Assembly (NCBI GenBank): GCA_964432625.1
Contig: CAYSOH010000001.1
Location: forward strand, 1 to 39,718
Reading direction: 5' to 3'
DNA: 39,718 nt
Source of the DNA: an uncultured archaeon
GTDB lineage: Archaea; Thermoplasmatota; Poseidoniia; MGIII; CG-Epi1
Shown: positions 36,274 to 39,718 of the stretch, one piece after another
Layout of the letters: each line of letters begins with the position of its first letter
How positions within the stretch are numbered: position 1 is the stretch's first letter
Notes under the pieces: generated by a model
Databases searched by the model: none
What the model was told of the DNA's origin: nothing
The model's input: only the letters and a program-made list of their open reading frames with translations
Made by a program: the position numbers and the translations under genes

Positions 36274-36292
36274 GTATTCTATTTAAGAATAC
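36274..36292 (-). promoter_or_regulatory. perfect 7-bp inverted repeat enclosing a TATA-like core (operator/promoter candidate)
   Basis: The minus strand reads GTATTCT-TAAAT-AGAATAC. It is centred 32 nt upstream of ATG 36251 and lies 8 nt downstream of the regulator stop codon. Confidence 0.4.
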
Positions 36293-36299
36293 GTGCCAT

Positions 36300-36959
36300 T
36301 CATCTTGTTAGACCACGTTGCTGTAAACTTTCAAGTATCAAACGTACTTCAGCTTCTCGAAGACCAAGAGATGCTGCTGCACCCTCTATAGTGTAATCTT
36401 TGTTGTGCAATATATGATGCAAAAGCCTGCGTTCTTCGTATGTGCATTCAGCACTTTGGGCAGCAGATGTTATTTCTCGATTTAGTTCTCCAACAAGTGC
36501 CATCAAACTACGTCTTTCATCCTCAACTTCCACGATTGAATTTCTCAAATCTTCAGAAACTCGAGAGAGGAGATCCATCCGTGCTTTGGAATTCATATTG
36601 CGAGATTCTGAAACTGCATCCAAAACTCTTCTATGTTGCTCGGAAAGATTTGAAATATCGAAATCGGTTTCAGCTTTTTGCTTGTAAGTCGAAGGGCCAA
36701 TATCTATGTGGAGGGAGACCTCTCTTGATGCCTTGTAAACACGGCGATTAGGTCCTCGAGTACTTGGTTCATCGCGTGACTTTACCAAACCGTGCTGTTC
36801 CAGTATCCTAAGATGCTTGACAACTGCCTGTTGTGTTACGTCTATTTCACGGGATAATTGCAACGGATAAAGACGTTCTACTGACAATAACTGGAGGATA
36901 CGGCGTCGTGTAGGATTCTCCAACAAATAGAACAGTTCGTCTACTTCATCAATTGACAT
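36300..36959 (-). CDS. ArsR-type winged-helix transcription regulator with coiled-coil and second C-terminal HTH-like segment
   Basis: LLENPTRRRILQLLSVERLYPLQLSREIDVTQQAVVKHLRILEQHGLV, a heptad-like middle region, then C-terminal YTIEGAAASLGLREAEVRLILESLQQRGL. Confidence 0.8.
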   Translation of the reverse strand: MSIDEVDELFYLLENPTRRRILQLLSVERLYPLQLSREIDVTQQAVVKHLRILEQHGLVKSRDEPSTRGPNRRVYKASREVSLHIDIGPSTYKQKAETDFDISNLSEQHRRVLDAVSESRNMNSKARMDLLSRVSEDLRNSIVEVEDERRSLMALVGELNREITSAAQSAECTYEERRLLHHILHNKDYTIEGAAASLGLREAEVRLILESLQQRGLTR

Positions 36960-37054
36960 ATCAACCTCCGGTTGTATACCGATTGTTGTAATGGGATAAT
37001 AAAAATTACTATTATGTCCCGACAGGCTTTAACATGTATGTTCAATAGGTCATT

Positions 37055-37579
37055 ATGGACTATCGAAAGCCTAGCAAAAAAGTGATTATTGAATCGGTAT
37101 TAGAAGTCCTTAGAGAGAGAGGTTCTGTTGATACTCAGACCAAAATGCATAAACTTACAATCAAGAAATTAAAAAAGCAGGATGAGACTTACAGATTATC
37201 TGCAGAAAGAATGAGAATCACAGCTATACAATCAAAGAAAGTTAAGATTGGAATAAGAACGCGCTCGGTTGGAGACGCGCCTGAGGCTGATGAAAGTGAT
37301 TATCGAAAACAAGGTTTAGGTTATGACCCTGTCGTAAAAAGATGGAGGAGGATAAGGCCTGGAGAGGATCAGAGTGGAAGACACCATCACCGAGGAGAAT
37401 TTGCATCGCCTGGACAACCCTGTCCTGTCTGTACTGCTCCTCTGAAAAAGGTTCACAATGCCACATTATATGGTGGAAAGGTGGCGATTGGATTCCGCTG
37501 CAACCTTTGTAGGTATCTGACTGGGCATCGATGGAGAGAACCATCTCGATATTCCTTCAGTCTGAAAGGCGGAAAATAA
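37055..37579 (+). CDS. basic protein with C-terminal zinc ribbon (hypothetical)
   Basis: CPVC...(24 aa)...CNLC four-Cys ribbon and a K/R-rich N-terminal half. Its stop abuts the next gene's start. Confidence 0.5.
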   Translation: MDYRKPSKKVIIESVLEVLRERGSVDTQTKMHKLTIKKLKKQDETYRLSAERMRITAIQSKKVKIGIRTRSVGDAPEADESDYRKQGLGYDPVVKRWRRIRPGEDQSGRHHHRGEFASPGQPCPVCTAPLKKVHNATLYGGKVAIGFRCNLCRYLTGHRWREPSRYSFSLKGGK

Positions 37580-38566
37580 TTGGAGATCTTCGATCATAGA
37601 GGCATCTGCCTTAAGAAAGATAAGAGAGCCGTATATCTAGATCCATCGAGTGGGAGGCCTGATGGTGCTGTCACACACGCTCATTCTGACCATTTGAGAC
37701 CCAGAACTCACATGACTCCACCAACAGCTGATGTGATGAAGGTCCGGACTGGATCAAAGAAGGCGACCTTGCATGATTACAATGATAAATTCAAAATCAA
37801 TGATTTTGAGCTTGAATTCATATCTGCGGGACATGTTATAGGCTCTGCAATGATTGAATGTGAAGACGTTCTGTATACTGGTGATTACAACCCATACGGA
37901 ACAGTTACTGCAGGAATCGCAGAACCTAGGGAATGTGAAACACTCATTGTTGAATCAACCTATGGAAAGCCTGACCAAACTCTACCTGACAGAAATGAAG
38001 TACTGAAGGACTTACAAGCTTGGATTAATGCAACTGCTGCCAATGGTGGAGGAATTGTGGGAGCATATTCATTAGGAAAGGCGCAAGAAGTAATAGCCAC
38101 AGCAAACAAAGCCGATGTTGTTCCGGCGGTCTCAGAGATTGTAGGATCTGTTAGTGATGTTTACAGAAAACATGGAGTGAAGATGGATTACGTTCGATAC
38201 GATGAATTGGATGAAAATGAAAAAAAGAAACCAGGACTATTGGTCACTTCAACAACCGCAACTAGTGGTAGAAGACCTGATGAAGCTGTCCAGAATCTTA
38301 GAAGAAACGGAGCTAAGGTAGCCAGAGTGTCTGGATGGTGTGCATTTTCGAGCTGGGCCTTGAGAGGAGTAGACGCTGGATTCCCCATAAGTGATCATTC
38401 AGATTTTGGAGGAACGATGAAATTCATAGAAGAATGTGAACCAAAACAAGTGTATACTGTACACGGATCAACGAAAGAATTAGCTAAACAAGTAGAAAAG
38501 AAATTAGGAATAAATGCTAGGCCGTTACCTAAATATGGAGAAGTTTCAATAGAATCATTCACCTAA
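37580..38566 (+). CDS. beta-CASP family MBL-fold nuclease (short form)
   Basis: THAHSDHL (HxHxDH), SAGHVIGSA, YTGDYN, VESTYG (beta-CASP motif A), ISDHSD, TVHGS. TTG start immediately after the upstream TAA. Confidence 0.75.
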   Translation: MEIFDHRGICLKKDKRAVYLDPSSGRPDGAVTHAHSDHLRPRTHMTPPTADVMKVRTGSKKATLHDYNDKFKINDFELEFISAGHVIGSAMIECEDVLYTGDYNPYGTVTAGIAEPRECETLIVESTYGKPDQTLPDRNEVLKDLQAWINATAANGGGIVGAYSLGKAQEVIATANKADVVPAVSEIVGSVSDVYRKHGVKMDYVRYDELDENEKKKPGLLVTSTTATSGRRPDEAVQNLRRNGAKVARVSGWCAFSSWALRGVDAGFPISDHSDFGGTMKFIEECEPKQVYTVHGSTKELAKQVEKKLGINARPLPKYGEVSIESFT

Positions 38567-38567
38567 T

Positions 38568-39215
38568 ATGAGCAATGGAAAACTAGTTCTGGTAAGACAT
38601 GGGCTGTCTGTTTATAATGATCAAAATAGATTCACTGGATGGAAAGATGTTGGACTCAATCAACAAGGAATTGACGAAGCAAAACAAGCCGTCTCAATAC
38701 TAGAGAAATATAATTTCGATATGGCCTTCACATCTGACCTAGTAAGAGCTCAAGATACGCTCAGTATCATCCTGAAAGGAATAGGACAGAGTAATATACC
38801 AATCGAGAAAGATGTTGCACTGAATGAAAGGGATTATGGTGACCTGATAGGGCAAAACAAGGCCGAAGCTGCTGAAAAATTTGGTGCTGAACAGGTGCAC
38901 ATATGGAGAAGAAGCTATGATGTGCCTCCTCCAGGCGGTGAGTCTCTGAAAGATACTTCTGAACGTGTTATTCCTTACTTGAAAAACGTGATTATGCCAA
39001 AGATCTCAGAGGGAAAGCAAATCCTTGTGAGTGCCCATGGAAACAGCATAAGAGCAATTGTTATGTCTCTCCAAAATTATACGCCAAAACAGATTTTGAA
39101 AACAGAAATCGGATGGTGTGAACCTTGGGTCTTTCATTTTGATAACGGAAATATGACTAAACTCGAAATAATACCAAGGCCTGGTGTAAAAAGTAAAAGT
39201 CAGCTTCCTGATTAA
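38568..39215 (+). CDS. gpmA: 2,3-bisphosphoglycerate-dependent phosphoglycerate mutase (histidine phosphatase family)
   Basis: LVLVRHGLSVYNDQNRFTGWKDVGL, SDLVRAQDT, ALNERDYGDL, WRRSYDVPPPGGES, VSAHGNSIRA. Confidence 0.9.
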   Translation: MSNGKLVLVRHGLSVYNDQNRFTGWKDVGLNQQGIDEAKQAVSILEKYNFDMAFTSDLVRAQDTLSIILKGIGQSNIPIEKDVALNERDYGDLIGQNKAEAAEKFGAEQVHIWRRSYDVPPPGGESLKDTSERVIPYLKNVIMPKISEGKQILVSAHGNSIRAIVMSLQNYTPKQILKTEIGWCEPWVFHFDNGNMTKLEIIPRPGVKSKSQLPD

Positions 39216-39469
39216 CGGTGTTCAGACCAACTCTTAATCATCTGTAGATTACCTCGAGTAGCCTTGATTACCTGTTCGCGTCCCCATTCATCCTTAATGA
39301 CTATATCATTTCCTCTAGCCAAAAGAACTGCTTTTACGAAATAGCCCGATTCTGACTTGAAGGTAATCTCAAGTTGCCTCTTTGAACCTTCACCATCCCA
39401 AACGACAGGATAACCTAAATCATCGTAGAAGTCCTCGATTTTTTTCATGAACCTGTCGCCTGCAGTCAT
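39212..39469 (-). CDS. small hypothetical protein
   Basis: An 85-aa ORF with balanced composition and no recognisable motif. Its TAA shares the palindromic TTAA with the gpmA stop. Confidence 0.45.
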   Translation of the reverse strand: MTAGDRFMKKIEDFYDDLGYPVVWDGEGSKRQLEITFKSESGYFVKAVLLARGNDIVIKDEWGREQVIKATRGNLQMIKSWSEHR

Positions 39470-39552
39470 ATCTTAGTCGCTTACCAAGAAGGCGTTATTA
39501 ATCATTGCTTACAAGGGCACATTTGTAAAGACACCAGCCTCTGGACAAGCAT

Positions 39553-39628
39553 AGCCCCGTAGTGTAGCGGTCCATCATTCAGGCCTTTGGAGCCTGAGAC
39601 CTCGGTTCGAATCCGAGCGGGGCTACCA
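39553..39628 (+). tRNA. tRNA-Gln (anticodon UUG) with genomically encoded CCA
   Basis: Folded by hand. Acceptor stem AGCCCCG/CGGGGCT (A1-U72), anticodon stem CAGGC/GCCTG, loop CTTTGGA (TTG at 39587-39589), T arm CTCGG-TTCGAAT-CCGAG, discriminator A, then CCA. Confidence 0.9.
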
Positions 39629-39630
39629 GA

Positions 39631-39718
39631 TTAAAGTCCGTAAATCTCGGTATATTTTGATTTTAAATATTTTACAAAATCATCACTACTTGGTTCCTTT
39701 CCAGTAGCTTGAGTCATA
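39631..39718 (-). CDS. possible 3' end of a minus-strand CDS entering from beyond the right window edge
   Basis: The frame is open from the window edge to TAA (39633..39631) and reads ...MTQATGKEPSSDDFVKYLKSKYTEIYGL. Too short to assess. Confidence 0.2.
   Translation of the reverse strand, partial: MTQATGKEPSSDDFVKYLKSKYTEIYGL

Noticed and set aside
1-39718. CRISPR arrays, insertion sequences, integrases, prophage blocks and rRNA genes.
   Set aside because: I saw no regularly spaced short direct repeats. No transposase or integrase-like ORF appears in the six-frame track, and no long non-coding stretch exists. The largest intergenic gaps are about 90-150 nt.

Overview
This is a visibly AT-rich, very gene-dense archaeal chromosomal segment. 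It holds about 47 protein genes plus one tRNA, and many genes are linked by 1-8 nt stop/start overlaps. Archaeal hallmarks are ABCE1, a class-I CCA-adding enzyme, RibL-type FAD synthetase, archaeal/eukaryal-type uS15, two geranylgeranyl-reductase-family genes, tRNA-Gln with A1-U72, and pilins with the (A/G)VSP(V/I)I(A/G) class-III signal. These sit beside bacterial/mitochondrial-type enzymes: aconitase, two-barrel riboflavin synthase, dPGM and RusA. I associate that mix with uncultured marine planktonic Thermoplasmatota (MGII/MGIII-like), but this placement is inference only. Housekeeping genes are acn (partial), folD, ABCE1, an RND/MMPL exporter, ribH-ribE-ribL-ribB, pyrG, trxB, trmI, rps15, cca, gpmA and tRNA-Gln(UUG). 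Five regions are unusual. (1) 27.3-33.3 kb holds a Rieske/cytochrome b6-like operon. Its subunit-IV half is fused to a 2x[4Fe-4S] domain, followed by a two-CCG-domain (HdrB/HdrD-like) protein and a two-domain ferredoxin, and preceded by a membrane-anchored Reeler-like protein. (2) 16.5-23.3 kb is a type IV pilus-like locus with no FlaH. Its ATPase has a roughly 190-aa charged C-terminal tail and its platform protein is split in two. (3) 34.6-37.0 kb is a module of wHTH regulator, Reeler-like protein, and two paralogues sharing one head domain. One paralogue has a pilin signal and the other a plain membrane anchor, and they share perfectly identical DNA blocks. (4) 12.5-13.6 kb encodes an OGFOD1/Tpa1-like two-domain 2OG oxygenase split at the domain boundary. 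(5) A RusA-like resolvase is translationally coupled to folD. I found no CRISPR array, transposase, integrase or rRNA. All family calls come from motif recognition by eye, and no searches were run.
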